Shown here: positions 1 to 9,294 of the stretch, in pieces
Numbering within the stretch: position 1 is the first letter of the stretch
Layout: each line of letters begins with the position of its first letter
From: an uncultured Candidatus Peribacteria bacterium
GTDB lineage: Bacteria; Patescibacteriota; Gracilibacteria; Peribacterales; Peribacteraceae
DNA: 64,000 bases
Assembly: GCA_964580035.1 (NCBI GenBank)
Contig: CAZOJC010000002.1
Coordinates: 8,205 to 72,204, forward strand
Direction of reading: 5' to 3'
Made by a program: the position numbers and the translations under genes
The notes under the pieces: model-generated
What the model was told of the DNA's origin: nothing
The model's input: only the letters and a program-made list of their open reading frames with translations
Databases searched by the model: none

Positions 1-335
1 CTGTCTTGAGCCTCTGCATAACTTTGCCACTTCTGCCGCTCTCTGCCCTCTCATCTCTCTCTCCAATAGAACTTTCTCTGATAGTACTCTACTCTCTCGT
101 GATGGTAGCCCTACCATATCACATGTATTACCAACTACTCCGTACACGTATCTTCCAGTCGTTTACCACTTACTTTTTCGTTGGCAGCATGCTGACAGTG
201 ATGGCTGAATTTTTGCTCCTTGGCAGTCTTCATGCTGCTTCCATCCTTTCACTCTCGGTTATGTGCCTCGCAGTGTGGATAATGAATGTGGAGTATCAGC
301 CTTACGTTACTTCTCTCGAAAGGCAGGAAGAGTAA
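1..335 (+). CDS. small hydrophobic hypothetical membrane protein, possibly 5'-truncated by the window edge
   Basis: Track ORF 6..335 stays open in the same frame back to base 1. The translation is dominated by L/S/V/F hydrophobic stretches. No family motif recognised. Confidence 0.3.
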   Translation, partial: VLSLCITLPLLPLSALSSLSPIELSLIVLYSLVMVALPYHMYYQLLRTRIFQSFTTYFFVGSMLTVMAEFLLLGSLHAASILSLSVMCLAVWIMNVEYQPYVTSLERQEE

Positions 336-338
336 TGA

Positions 339-1268
339 TTAGTAAAATTTTTCCATTTTCCAGTGCTTCACATCGCCTGTAAAGAGTTTAAATGAGAAGG
401 TTATAGAAAGTTGAATGTCTCCATCATTATTTGTTTCGGGGGCTGAAATATTTGCGCACTCTGCAAGTTTATTTGCTAGTTCCGAATCAACTTTAATTGA
501 CCGTTCTCGCTCTATAACCAACTGAGGAGTCATTTTTAAATGACGATTAATGAGATCGATAATTTTCTTATTTCCGATTGAGTGAACGAGTGATCCAATT
601 TTCATTCCCGTTAAACAAGCTGCTGCAACATTCTTCACACTATTTTCTATTGCCGTAGCAAAAACTCTATGACAAAGCGCAGGCGTAAGAGAGTGCTGTG
701 CACTGAATAATTCATGCACTAGTATAATGGGGAACGTGACGATCTGATTCTCAAAAAGCTTTGCACGCACTTTGTCGTTCAACGCTTCTTCTTCACTTGA
801 GTGAAGCTGTATTTGACTGGATTCTGCACTCCTCAGAATTTCAAACATGACGAATCCGTCTATACCTTGCTTTCCATTTGATATTTGAAAAGTGAGACTG
901 TCTTGTCTTTCTGCAAATTTTTTAAAATACTCTTGAGAAAGTGGCTCCGTCGTAGAAACTGGTATGACTGGCCTTTGTCCTTGGGTACTCAAGAGTGCTT
1001 CTGCAATTTGAGAATCTGTTACCATTCCTCGCTTGTAAGCTTCTAGCAAAAGGCTTTCGTCGTTTATATTTACAGGAGCTAGACCTCTAAATGCTTGCTC
1101 AACTCTATTTTTAGTTCTTGTAGTTAAAATTACTGGAGGTGTGGTATTTTCATTATTTGTACCGCTAATATTACTCATAAATTGCATTTCATTCATTTCG
1201 TTCAGGTTCTCAGAAGGCATACTGCCGTGCATCCTCTCAGATTCTAGAAAATGCTCAAGAGAAAACAT
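339..1268 (-). CDS. hypothetical protein (309 aa), visibly AT-richer than its neighbours
   Basis: Long uninterrupted ORF transcribed divergently from ileS. No motif I can assign. Confidence 0.5.
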   Translation of the reverse strand: MFSLEHFLESERMHGSMPSENLNEMNEMQFMSNISGTNNENTTPPVILTTRTKNRVEQAFRGLAPVNINDESLLLEAYKRGMVTDSQIAEALLSTQGQRPVIPVSTTEPLSQEYFKKFAERQDSLTFQISNGKQGIDGFVMFEILRSAESSQIQLHSSEEEALNDKVRAKLFENQIVTFPIILVHELFSAQHSLTPALCHRVFATAIENSVKNVAAACLTGMKIGSLVHSIGNKKIIDLINRHLKMTPQLVIERERSIKVDSELANKLAECANISAPETNNDGDIQLSITFSFKLFTGDVKHWKMEKFY

Positions 1269-1341
1269 TCTTCATCAAAAAGGCCATCCATCATATTTGA
1301 TATCTCATTCCTTTCATCATCGTTTTAGCTATACTCTCCCT

Positions 1342-4300
1342 ATGTTCTCACCCGTCGATCCTAAACAGTCATTCCCCGCTCTGGAAGAGGAAATTCTCAA
1401 GAGATGGCGGGAAGACGACACGTTCAAGAGATCTCTTCAGCACCGAGCTGAGTCTGACGCTTTCCACTTCTACGATGGTCCTCCGTTTGCTACCGGCCTC
1501 CCGCATTACGGGCATATTCTTGCTGGAACCATCAAAGATGTCATTCCGCGTTACCAGACGATGCGCGGGAAGCATGTGAAGAGACGATTCGGGTGGGATT
1601 GTCACGGCCTACCGGTCGAACATCAGATAGAGAAGCAGCACGGACTGAAGACAAAGCGAGACATCGAATCTCTCGGCGTGAAAGAATTCAATGACCTCTG
1701 CCGGAATGCCGTACTTCGTTACACTCGCGAGTGGACGACGACGGTGGAACGGCTCGGCCGATGGGTAGACATGGATTACGACTATCGCACGATGGATCCA
1801 GATTACATGGAGAGCATTTGGTGGGTGTTTAAGCAATTGTACGATAAGGGCTTAATTTATGAAGGGTATAAAGCCATGCATCTCTGCCCTCGGTGTGAGA
1901 CGACGCTGAGTAATTTTGAAGTGACGCAAGGATACAAAGAAGTGTCAGACTGCACTGTCACTGCGAAATTTGCCTTGGTGGAAGACCCTCACACGTTCCT
2001 CCTCGCATGGACGACCACTCCTTGGACGCTTCCGGGAAATCTCTTTCTGGCAGTGAATCCGGAAGAAACCTACGTTTCATGTACGAGGCAGAATGACGAT
2101 GCGATCTACATCCTGTCTCAGCGATCATTTGCGGCAAGTGGGGGGAGAAGAATTGATGAAATACATGAGAACGACGCTGATCCACCGCTCAAACAAATCG
2201 CCACTCTTTCAGGCAAAGACCTCATCGGCAAACGTTACACGCCGGTGTTTCCCTACTTTGCAAGCAAGTACGAGCATGCGTTTCGCGTGGTGGGTGGAGA
2301 CTTTGTTACATCAGAAGAAGGGACGGGGATCGTGCACATTGCACCAGGCTTTGGAGAAGACGACTTCTCTGTAGGAAAAAGAGAGGGGGTAGCAATGCTG
2401 CAGCACGTCCTGCCGGACGGCACATTTACGGCCGATGTCACGGATTTTGCGGGGATGAGCGTCAAACCCAAAGATGCTCCCTCGTCTACAGATAAAAAAA
2501 TTGCAGAGCATCTGAAGAACGCAGGACTCCTTTTTGAGCAAAAAAGTTATACACACTCTTACCCGCACTGCTGGCGGTGCGACACACCGCTCATTAATTA
2601 CGCCACGACATCGTGGTTCGTTGCCGTAGAAAAGATAAAGCAAGAAATGCTGGCGGCGAATGCGAGAACCACGTGGGTGCCATCGGCGATACGCGATGGG
2701 CGATTTGGCAAATGGCTGGAAGGCGCGCGCGACTGGGCGATCAGTCGTAGCAGATATTGGGGAACACCCCTTCCGATCTGGAGAAATAGACAGACTGGCC
2801 AATTGGAAGTGCTCGGCTCGCGTGATGATCTTATGAATCGTGTGCCAGGACGATTCACAAAAATAACGATTGCTCGGCATGCCGAGAGTGTAGGAAATGT
2901 GCAGCAAATCTACCAAGGCAAGTCACCGGGAACGAACCTCACACCTACAGGAAAAAAACAAGCGGCGGCGCTTGGTAAGGCACTAGAAAGAAACTGCGGC
3001 ATCCCCGTCACAGCCATCTACCATTCTCCGTTGGCTCGTACAACTCAAACGGCGGCGGCCGTCGCTCGTGTCTTTTCTGTTCCACTCACGCAAGACGAGA
3101 GGCTCCGAGAAGTGTCATTCGGGGAGTATGAAGGCAAGCATATTGACTTCGATGATCTCACCTTCGTCCGGCAGAGACGTGCTCACAAGCTCAGCAAGGG
3201 GCAGGTGGAGAGCATCTATCATTTTGAGGGAATGGAAACGTGGCACGATATAGAGCTTCGGACGAAAGAATTCTTAGAAGACATTCTCCCCCGTCACCGC
3301 GGTGAACATATTGTGATTGTCACACATGCGGACATTGTGATGAATTTCACCCATTTGTTCACAGGAATAGACAAGGCGAAAATTGCACACCAGCCCTATC
3401 CAGAGCTTGCACAGTACAGAACATTCTACTGGGATCATAGTACGCAGACTCAGCTCGACCTACACAAAGAAACCGTGGACGAAATCACGTGGCACGGAAC
3501 GGGCACGCCCAAAGACGCGAGAGTGGAATTGACCGTCGCTCGTCACGGCGAGACGGATTGGAACAAGGCAGGCATTTTCCAAGGTCACAGCGATCAGCCG
3601 CTCAATGCCGATGGCATTCTGCAAGCAGAAGAGCTCGCCGCAACCCTCGATCCAAGCGACTACGATGTCATTCTCTCTTCAGATTTGCTCCGTGCCCGCC
3701 AAACGGCAGACATTATCGGAGCAAAGTGGGAACGCGAGGTGATCATCTCTCCTCTCTTTCGAGAGCAGAATCTGGGAGAGTGGGAAGGAAAAACAAAAGC
3801 CGACGTTCTCAGCCTCTTTCCTCACTACGTGCAGGATTTCTTCTCTCGAATACACAACGTTCCCGGAGGGGAAGATCTCGCGTCTCTCGCAAAACGGGTG
3901 GCAGCTGGTCGAGATGAACTGCTCAGAACGTACGCAGGCAAGCGAGTGCTGCTCATTTCGCACGGACGCTGGATCAATGCACTCGCACGCATCGAAACGA
4001 ATGAACCGATATTCTCTCCTGTTGCGAATGCGGGGGTAATGGAATTCACTCTCGAGCCTCGCTTGTCACGCGTAGCGGACGTCATGGACTGTTGGTTCGA
4101 GAGCGGTTCGATGCCGTATGCTCAAGAACACTTTCCGTTTGATGCAGCAAAACAAGAGACAAAAAAAGGGAAGAAATCTAAAAACGTTCTCACTCCCGCA
4201 TCGTTTCCGGCAGACTTCATCGCAGAAGGACTCGATCAAACGCGAGGCTGGTTCTACACGCTCACAGTGCTGGGCGTTGCCCTCTTTGGAGAAGCGCCGT

Positions 4301-5673
4301 TTAAAAACGTCATCGTCAACGGTATCGTGCTCGCTGAAGATGGCAGGAAAATGAGTAAGAGCCTCAAAAATTATCCCGAGCCAACGCAAGTGGTGGAGCG
4401 GCACGGTGCCGATAGCGTACGCTTTGCCCTCATGGCATCGCCGGCTGTGCGCGCTGAGGATCTTCGCTTCTCGGAGACCGTAGTTGAGGACGCACTGCGA
4501 AATGTGCTCTTGCCCCTGTGGAACGCGTACAATCTCTTCGTAACGTACGCGAATGCGGCAGCATGGGAACCTCCAAGTAATTGGACTCTCAAGAAGAGCA
4601 TGTCGAAAGATCCACTCGACCTCTGGATCGTCGCCCACACTCAATCACTCGTCAACGCACTCACCACAGAGCTCGACCGCTACGATCTTTCTGCCAGCTG
4701 CGCTCACTTGAGCGAATCAATTGACGGTCTTACCAATTGGTACATCCGCCTCCAGCGCCGTCGCTTCGCGGGGAAAGAAGAAGGGCGAGAAGAGGCTCTC
4801 GATACGCTCTACCGCGTGCTACTAACGTTGAGTCAACTGCTGGCACCATTCTGTCCATTCATCACTGAATCTATCTATACGAATCTCGTGAAAGAACCAT
4901 TCGGCAGCATTCATCTCACTGATTGGCCTGCATCTATTGCCCTCACAAAGAAAGACAGAGAAGTGTTGGCGCTGATGAACAATACACGAGCAGTGGTCAC
5001 GCTGGGTCTCTCGCTTCGCTCTGATGCGAAAGTGAAAGTGCGATGTCCGCTCCAATCTGTGACAGTGGCGCTCTCCCCTTCCGATACGAGTGGTGTGCGA
5101 GAAGACATCATACGAGACGAATTGAATGTGAAAGAAGTGAAGATCGTCAGCGATCCGGGGTCTCTGGCTCGCGCGTTTGTGGCCGTCGATGCACGCAAAG
5201 TAGGACCGCGCCTTGGCGCGAAAGTACAAGATATCATTCGTGCCGGAAAAGAAGGACGCTTCACGCAGAAAGGCGACACTATCAGCATTGAAGGAGAGAC
5301 GCTGCAGGCAGATGAAGCGAAAATAATGTATGCCGGCGCGGAAGGGCAGAATATCGCAGCCGACCACGGCATCATCGTACGACTCGATATCACAGTCACT
5401 GAAGAACTCAAGCGTGAGGGAGACGCGCGTGAGATCGTGCGTATGGTCCAGAAACTGCGGAAGAGTCATGGCCTCTCGTTCACCGATACCATATCGCTCT
5501 CAATCACCGGAGCCGATGATGTGCTCGCCTCTCACAAGACACTCATCGAGAAGGAAACGAGAGGACGCATCTCAAAAAATCCAGAGGCAGGTACGTCGTC
5601 AAATATACCTCCCGTAACAGAGACATTCTCTCTCGATGATCGCGAGATTACGATTTCTTTCCTACCCCTCTAA
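1342..5673 (+). CDS. ileS: isoleucine--tRNA ligase carrying two embedded histidine-phosphatase domains (1443 aa)
   Basis: Track ORF 1141..5673. The first 67 codons overlap the divergent gene and look non-protein-like, so the start is placed at ATG 1342 (MFSPVDPKQSFPALEEEILKRW). Class I signatures are present: PHYGH (HIGH), editing-domain TTPWTLP and GTGIVHIAPGFGEDD, WFESGSMPYAQ, and KMSKS. Confidence 0.9.
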   Translation: MFSPVDPKQSFPALEEEILKRWREDDTFKRSLQHRAESDAFHFYDGPPFATGLPHYGHILAGTIKDVIPRYQTMRGKHVKRRFGWDCHGLPVEHQIEKQHGLKTKRDIESLGVKEFNDLCRNAVLRYTREWTTTVERLGRWVDMDYDYRTMDPDYMESIWWVFKQLYDKGLIYEGYKAMHLCPRCETTLSNFEVTQGYKEVSDCTVTAKFALVEDPHTFLLAWTTTPWTLPGNLFLAVNPEETYVSCTRQNDDAIYILSQRSFAASGGRRIDEIHENDADPPLKQIATLSGKDLIGKRYTPVFPYFASKYEHAFRVVGGDFVTSEEGTGIVHIAPGFGEDDFSVGKREGVAMLQHVLPDGTFTADVTDFAGMSVKPKDAPSSTDKKIAEHLKNAGLLFEQKSYTHSYPHCWRCDTPLINYATTSWFVAVEKIKQEMLAANARTTWVPSAIRDGRFGKWLEGARDWAISRSRYWGTPLPIWRNRQTGQLEVLGSRDDLMNRVPGRFTKITIARHAESVGNVQQIYQGKSPGTNLTPTGKKQAAALGKALERNCGIPVTAIYHSPLARTTQTAAAVARVFSVPLTQDERLREVSFGEYEGKHIDFDDLTFVRQRRAHKLSKGQVESIYHFEGMETWHDIELRTKEFLEDILPRHRGEHIVIVTHADIVMNFTHLFTGIDKAKIAHQPYPELAQYRTFYWDHSTQTQLDLHKETVDEITWHGTGTPKDARVELTVARHGETDWNKAGIFQGHSDQPLNADGILQAEELAATLDPSDYDVILSSDLLRARQTADIIGAKWEREVIISPLFREQNLGEWEGKTKADVLSLFPHYVQDFFSRIHNVPGGEDLASLAKRVAAGRDELLRTYAGKRVLLISHGRWINALARIETNEPIFSPVANAGVMEFTLEPRLSRVADVMDCWFESGSMPYAQEHFPFDAAKQETKKGKKSKNVLTPASFPADFIAEGLDQTRGWFYTLTVLGVALFGEAPFKNVIVNGIVLAEDGRKMSKSLKNYPEPTQVVERHGADSVRFALMASPAVRAEDLRFSETVVEDALRNVLLPLWNAYNLFVTYANAAAWEPPSNWTLKKSMSKDPLDLWIVAHTQSLVNALTTELDRYDLSASCAHLSESIDGLTNWYIRLQRRRFAGKEEGREEALDTLYRVLLTLSQLLAPFCPFITESIYTNLVKEPFGSIHLTDWPASIALTKKDREVLALMNNTRAVVTLGLSLRSDAKVKVRCPLQSVTVALSPSDTSGVREDIIRDELNVKEVKIVSDPGSLARAFVAVDARKVGPRLGAKVQDIIRAGKEGRFTQKGDTISIEGETLQADEAKIMYAGAEGQNIAADHGIIVRLDITVTEELKREGDAREIVRMVQKLRKSHGLSFTDTISLSITGADDVLASHKTLIEKETRGRISKNPEAGTSSNIPPVTETFSLDDREITISFLPL
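2851..3450 (+). other. histidine-phosphatase (PGM/CobC/SixA superfamily) module 1 inside IleRS
   Basis: Motif order is ITIARHAES ... HSPLARTTQTA ... SFGEYEG ... IVTHADIV, which matches the R-H / R / E / H catalytic constellation. The RHG motif reads RHA here. Confidence 0.65.
3520..4059 (+). other. histidine-phosphatase module 2 inside IleRS
   Basis: Canonical motifs LTVARHGETDWN ... SSDLLRARQTA ... NLGEWEG ... LISHGRWI. The module is followed directly by the IleRS motif DVMDCWFESGSMPYAQ. Confidence 0.8.
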
Positions 5674-6065
5674 TGGCAGATCAATCTGGCTCTCTACCCC
5701 TCAGGCTCGTCATAAAGACGCTCTGCAACATCGGGATTGTCTTTGGTATGAATACACTCGTACCGCAGTACTTTTCCGTAGAGGGCGGAGCTGCTGCGTT
5801 CGTTGTTATTGGCATTCTTGTTTCGTTTTTGAATGTCATCGTCCGACCAATTCTCGTCGTACTCACTCTTCCCTTTACGCTGACAGCCTCCATCATCGCC
5901 TTCATTCTCGTCAACGGAGGCATCCTTTGGCTCGTCTACCAGACGACACTCCTGATGGAATCGACTCAGATAGCGCTCATTATTGGCGGAGGAATCGGGG
6001 GATGGATCGTAGTCAGCATCGTGTTTGGATTCTTCAATTGGCTCTTAAAGCACCTGCTCAAATAA
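5673..6065 (+). CDS. DUF360 / phage-holin-family-4 type small membrane protein
   Basis: 130 aa with four hydrophobic helices. VIGILVSFLNVIVRPILVVLTLPFTLTASIIAFILVNGGILWL is typical of this family. The ATG overlaps the ileS stop (TAATG). Confidence 0.65.
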   Translation: MADQSGSLPLRLVIKTLCNIGIVFGMNTLVPQYFSVEGGAAAFVVIGILVSFLNVIVRPILVVLTLPFTLTASIIAFILVNGGILWLVYQTTLLMESTQIALIIGGGIGGWIVVSIVFGFFNWLLKHLLK

Positions 6066-6089
6066 TCCCATCTCAGGTAAGATCACAGC

Positions 6090-7235
6090 GTGAAGATCGC
6101 TTACTGCACCAACGTCCGACTGCCGAGCGAACGAGCCCACGGGCATCAAATTGCGCATGTGTGCGATGCGATGGTGCGCCTCGGGCATGAAGTCACGATT
6201 TTCTGCCCGTTTCGCCTGTCTGCCATCGACCAGTCGTTTTCTTCCTACTACGGCGTCGATTCTCGCATACGATGCGTGACACTTGGATCGTTTGATCCTA
6301 TCGATGCTTGGTGGCTTCCCGGAATACTTGGGCTCTGGAGCATGAATTTCTTATTAAGAAAGTACATGCATCATGCGCTCGTGACGGAATCATTCGATAG
6401 TGTGTACACCCGTTCTCCCGCACTACTTCCTGCCTTACTTCTTACGGGTAAACCCGTGATTCTTGAACTGCATCAGTTGCCTCGTTTCAGAACGTCACTT
6501 CTGGCTCGATACTGTAACCGTTGCACGCGTGTCGCGTGCCTTACAACAACGATGCGAGCGCATTTGATTGCAGCGGGCGTGCAGCCAGAGCGTATCATCG
6601 TCGCATCCGATGCAGTCGCCATTGAACGCTTCGCACAGTTACCCACTGCACAAGAGGCCAGAGCACACTTCGGCATCGTCACTGACAGAATCGTCGTCGG
6701 TTATGTTGGGCGTCTCAAAACGCTAGGGCAAGAGAAGGGTGTTGGCATCCTACTTCGAGCACTCAAACAATTATCATCACAGCAGCGATATTATGGATGT
6801 ATTGTCGGTGGGCCCGATTCTGACAGAAAAGAATATGAGTCTCTCGCTCGCTCGCTCGGTTTAACAAGTGATGAAGTCTGCTTTGTAAAGGAAATACCTA
6901 GTACTGAAGTGCCCAAAGCGATGGTCGCCTGCGACATTCTCGCTATGCCACTCACTGATTTTCCACTATCACGCAACTATATGTCGCCGCTTAAAATGTT
7001 CGAATACATGGCGACACATAGACCTATAGTAACGTCTGATCTTCCCACCATTCGCGATGTACTCAGTGAAGAAACAGCTGTGTTCTGCGATCCTGGGGAT
7101 CCGGTAAGCCTCGCAAACGCATTGGAATGGGTGAGAGATCATCCTCAAGCTGCCGCTCAGCGGGCAACTGCGGCATTCGCGCTTGTGCAGGAACACACGT
7201 GGACCAAGCGCATGGAACGCATTCTCGCTCTCTAA
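6090..7235 (+). CDS. glycosyltransferase family 4 (GT-B, RfaB-like)
   Basis: GTG start with MKIAYCT... The C-terminal half has the GT1/GT4 pattern (GYVGRL...KG...LL.A, then E-x7-E-like FEYMATHRPIVTSD). Confidence 0.75.
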   Translation: MKIAYCTNVRLPSERAHGHQIAHVCDAMVRLGHEVTIFCPFRLSAIDQSFSSYYGVDSRIRCVTLGSFDPIDAWWLPGILGLWSMNFLLRKYMHHALVTESFDSVYTRSPALLPALLLTGKPVILELHQLPRFRTSLLARYCNRCTRVACLTTTMRAHLIAAGVQPERIIVASDAVAIERFAQLPTAQEARAHFGIVTDRIVVGYVGRLKTLGQEKGVGILLRALKQLSSQQRYYGCIVGGPDSDRKEYESLARSLGLTSDEVCFVKEIPSTEVPKAMVACDILAMPLTDFPLSRNYMSPLKMFEYMATHRPIVTSDLPTIRDVLSEETAVFCDPGDPVSLANALEWVRDHPQAAAQRATAAFALVQEHTWTKRMERILAL

Positions 7236-7244
7236 AAACGCTCT

Positions 7245-8330
7245 TCACAGCCTGCAGATGTAATCAATAATGCGATCTCCCGTCTTTCCATCCCACTCTT
7301 TCGGCACTTCAATGTGTGCAGGTGTTCTCGATGTTACATACTGCATGACAGACTCACAGTCTTCTCTACGAGAAGGATCTACGAGAACATTGCTGCCGCT
7401 CTCGACTGTGACTGGACGTTCTGTATTTCTGCGGAGCGTAAAACAACGCTTATGCAGCACCACTGCCTCTTCTTGAATGCCTCCTGAATCTGTGAGAATG
7501 AACTCGCATCTATCGAGGGCGCTTAAGAACTCAAGATATCCCAGAGGCTCAATGATCTGACACTCGCTCGCGAGTGCCATGAGTGCGTTGGATGATGCGA
7601 GTGAGCGCATGAGCCTTGGATGAGCTGCGATGTATACGCGGCAATGTTCGTTTACTCTGGTGAGCAAACGTAAGGCATGGCCTAACGGCTCTTCATGATC
7701 GACATTGCTGGGCCTATGGAGCGTGCTTAAGACAAATGGCTGATGAGGGGAAAACGACGGCGTGCGAGAGCGAATGAAAGGCAGAGTGCTCAGCAGTGTG
7801 TCAGCCATCGTATTGCCGACGAGCACGGGAGTACCGGAGCGCTGCTCGCGAATCACATTCTCCACGGCAGAACGCTCTGTGCAGAAGAGTAAGCGCGCCA
7901 TGCCGTCGATGGCAATGCGATTCAGCTCTTCGGGCATCTCCTGATCGAATGATCGCAATCCCGCCTCGATGTGCGCGATGGGAATCGAACATTCGTGCGC
8001 TGCACCTGCGGCTCCCACTGCTCCATTGACATCTCCATACACAAACACCCAGTCCGGCTTGAGCGATGAAAACACTGTGAGTAGCGCGTCGTGTGTTTTT
8101 GCAATCATATCGACTCTGCTGAGCCCGCCTATTTCTAGATTAATGGTAGGGGTGGGAATAGTAAGCTGCGTGAAAAAAATATCAGATAGCAAGGGATCGT
8201 AGTGTTGTCCTGTGTGAATGATGGTATGACGTATGGCCGCTTCTGGCCTCCTGTCAATAGCGCGGCATATAGCTGCTAATTTTATGAAATTCGGTCGGGC
8301 TGAGACGACGCTGCAAATATGCATGTTCAC
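7245..8330 (-). CDS. wecB: UDP-N-acetylglucosamine 2-epimerase (non-hydrolysing)
   Basis: N-terminus ICSVVSARPNFIKLAAI ... HTGQHYD, then DSGGIQEEA near the C-terminus. The start is GTG 8330 or ATG 8324. Confidence 0.9.
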   Translation of the reverse strand: MNMHICSVVSARPNFIKLAAICRAIDRRPEAAIRHTIIHTGQHYDPLLSDIFFTQLTIPTPTINLEIGGLSRVDMIAKTHDALLTVFSSLKPDWVFVYGDVNGAVGAAGAAHECSIPIAHIEAGLRSFDQEMPEELNRIAIDGMARLLFCTERSAVENVIREQRSGTPVLVGNTMADTLLSTLPFIRSRTPSFSPHQPFVLSTLHRPSNVDHEEPLGHALRLLTRVNEHCRVYIAAHPRLMRSLASSNALMALASECQIIEPLGYLEFLSALDRCEFILTDSGGIQEEAVVLHKRCFTLRRNTERPVTVESGSNVLVDPSRREDCESVMQYVTSRTPAHIEVPKEWDGKTGDRIIDYICRL

Positions 8331-8448
8331 AGCGTAATTGAAATGCTGGCATCTTCACAGAGAAATCTGGTGCTTTGAGCCATTGCGAGCCGTCTCTCAT
8401 TGTAACGCGTTCATGAAAGAGCTACTCTCAGTGAGATTTTTTCTCTCT

Positions 8449-9294
8449 ATGACTCAAGATAATAAAGAAATATATCGCTCGCACCACGATGCCATCATCA
8501 GCAAGCGCTGGCATTCACCACATGCGATTCGCAGATACAACCACCATACCCAGTACCAAGCATTTCTGGAGTGCGTTCCTGTGGGCTGCACAGTGGTCGA
8601 TGCAGGATGCGGTGAAGGAGTGCTCAGCGTTCTTCTCGCCAAGCACGGCTGCCGAGTCATCGGCGTAGACATCTCGGAGCCAAATATAGCTGAAGCAAAA
8701 GCGTTCGCATTGAGAGAGGGCGTGGCTGATCGATGTGAGTTTTTAGTGGGAGACGCCGAACGTCTTCCTCTTCCCGATAAGAGCGCCGATGTGGTCGTTT
8801 CGAGTCATGTCCTAGAGCATCTTCCTGATTTCGTGCAAGGCGTGCGCGAATTGAATCGCGTAGCGAAGACACTCGTCGTCGTCGCCATCCCCACCTGCCT
8901 CAATCCCGCCTCATGGGTACTCCTTGGGGGCGACAAGTACTGGACCGTTTCCCGTCGCACTCCCTACGCAATCTTTGTAGGGTTCTTTCGAGTGGTGGGG
9001 GCCATGCTGCGCGGACAGGAAGGCGTGAACGAAACGTACGCGGGGCATCCTGAATTGATACACATTCACAGGTTCCCACACCGTGGCCGAATGCTACTGG
9101 AATTGGGAGGATTACAGGTCGTTCGTTACAGGGCAAGCTCGTTTCCCATTCCCTATCTCTCTTTCCTCGTACCAGTGTCTAGGTTGCTAGGCGCCTTCCG
9201 CTACTGGCCTCTGTTTCGTAACTTTGGATTCGGCACCACGTACGTCTGCCATCCCTGTCATGCCGCAGAGTCATACACTTCATCAAACCAGTGA
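8449..9294 (+). CDS. class I SAM-dependent methyltransferase
   Basis: Motif I is VVDAGCGEGVLSVLLAKHGCRVIGVDIS, with an acidic post-I residue and VVSSHVLEHL. ATG 8449 (or 8413) is preferred over the track start at 8338. Confidence 0.75.
   Translation: MTQDNKEIYRSHHDAIISKRWHSPHAIRRYNHHTQYQAFLECVPVGCTVVDAGCGEGVLSVLLAKHGCRVIGVDISEPNIAEAKAFALREGVADRCEFLVGDAERLPLPDKSADVVVSSHVLEHLPDFVQGVRELNRVAKTLVVVAIPTCLNPASWVLLGGDKYWTVSRRTPYAIFVGFFRVVGAMLRGQEGVNETYAGHPELIHIHRFPHRGRMLLELGGLQVVRYRASSFPIPYLSFLVPVSRLLGAFRYWPLFRNFGFGTTYVCHPCHAAESYTSSNQ

Noticed and set aside
1141-1341. N-terminal 67-codon extension of the ileS track ORF
   Set aside because: It overlaps the 5' end of the divergent gene at 339..1268 and translates to low-complexity hydrophobic or Ser-rich sequence. 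The conserved IleRS N-terminus begins exactly at ATG 1342.
2851-4059. An intein or mobile intron as the explanation for the IleRS insert
   Set aside because: There are no intein splice-junction features (N-terminal Cys/Ser block, C-terminal HN-Cys/Ser/Thr) and no homing-endonuclease motifs. The inserts carry clear histidine-phosphatase catalytic motifs and are in frame with the host protein.
4066-5469. Long antisense or alternative-frame ORFs inside ileS (4066..4644, 4371..4640, 4822..5469, 4911..5411)
   Set aside because: These are shadow ORFs opposite a strongly supported conserved gene. Their translations are Arg/Ser/Cys-rich with no motifs.
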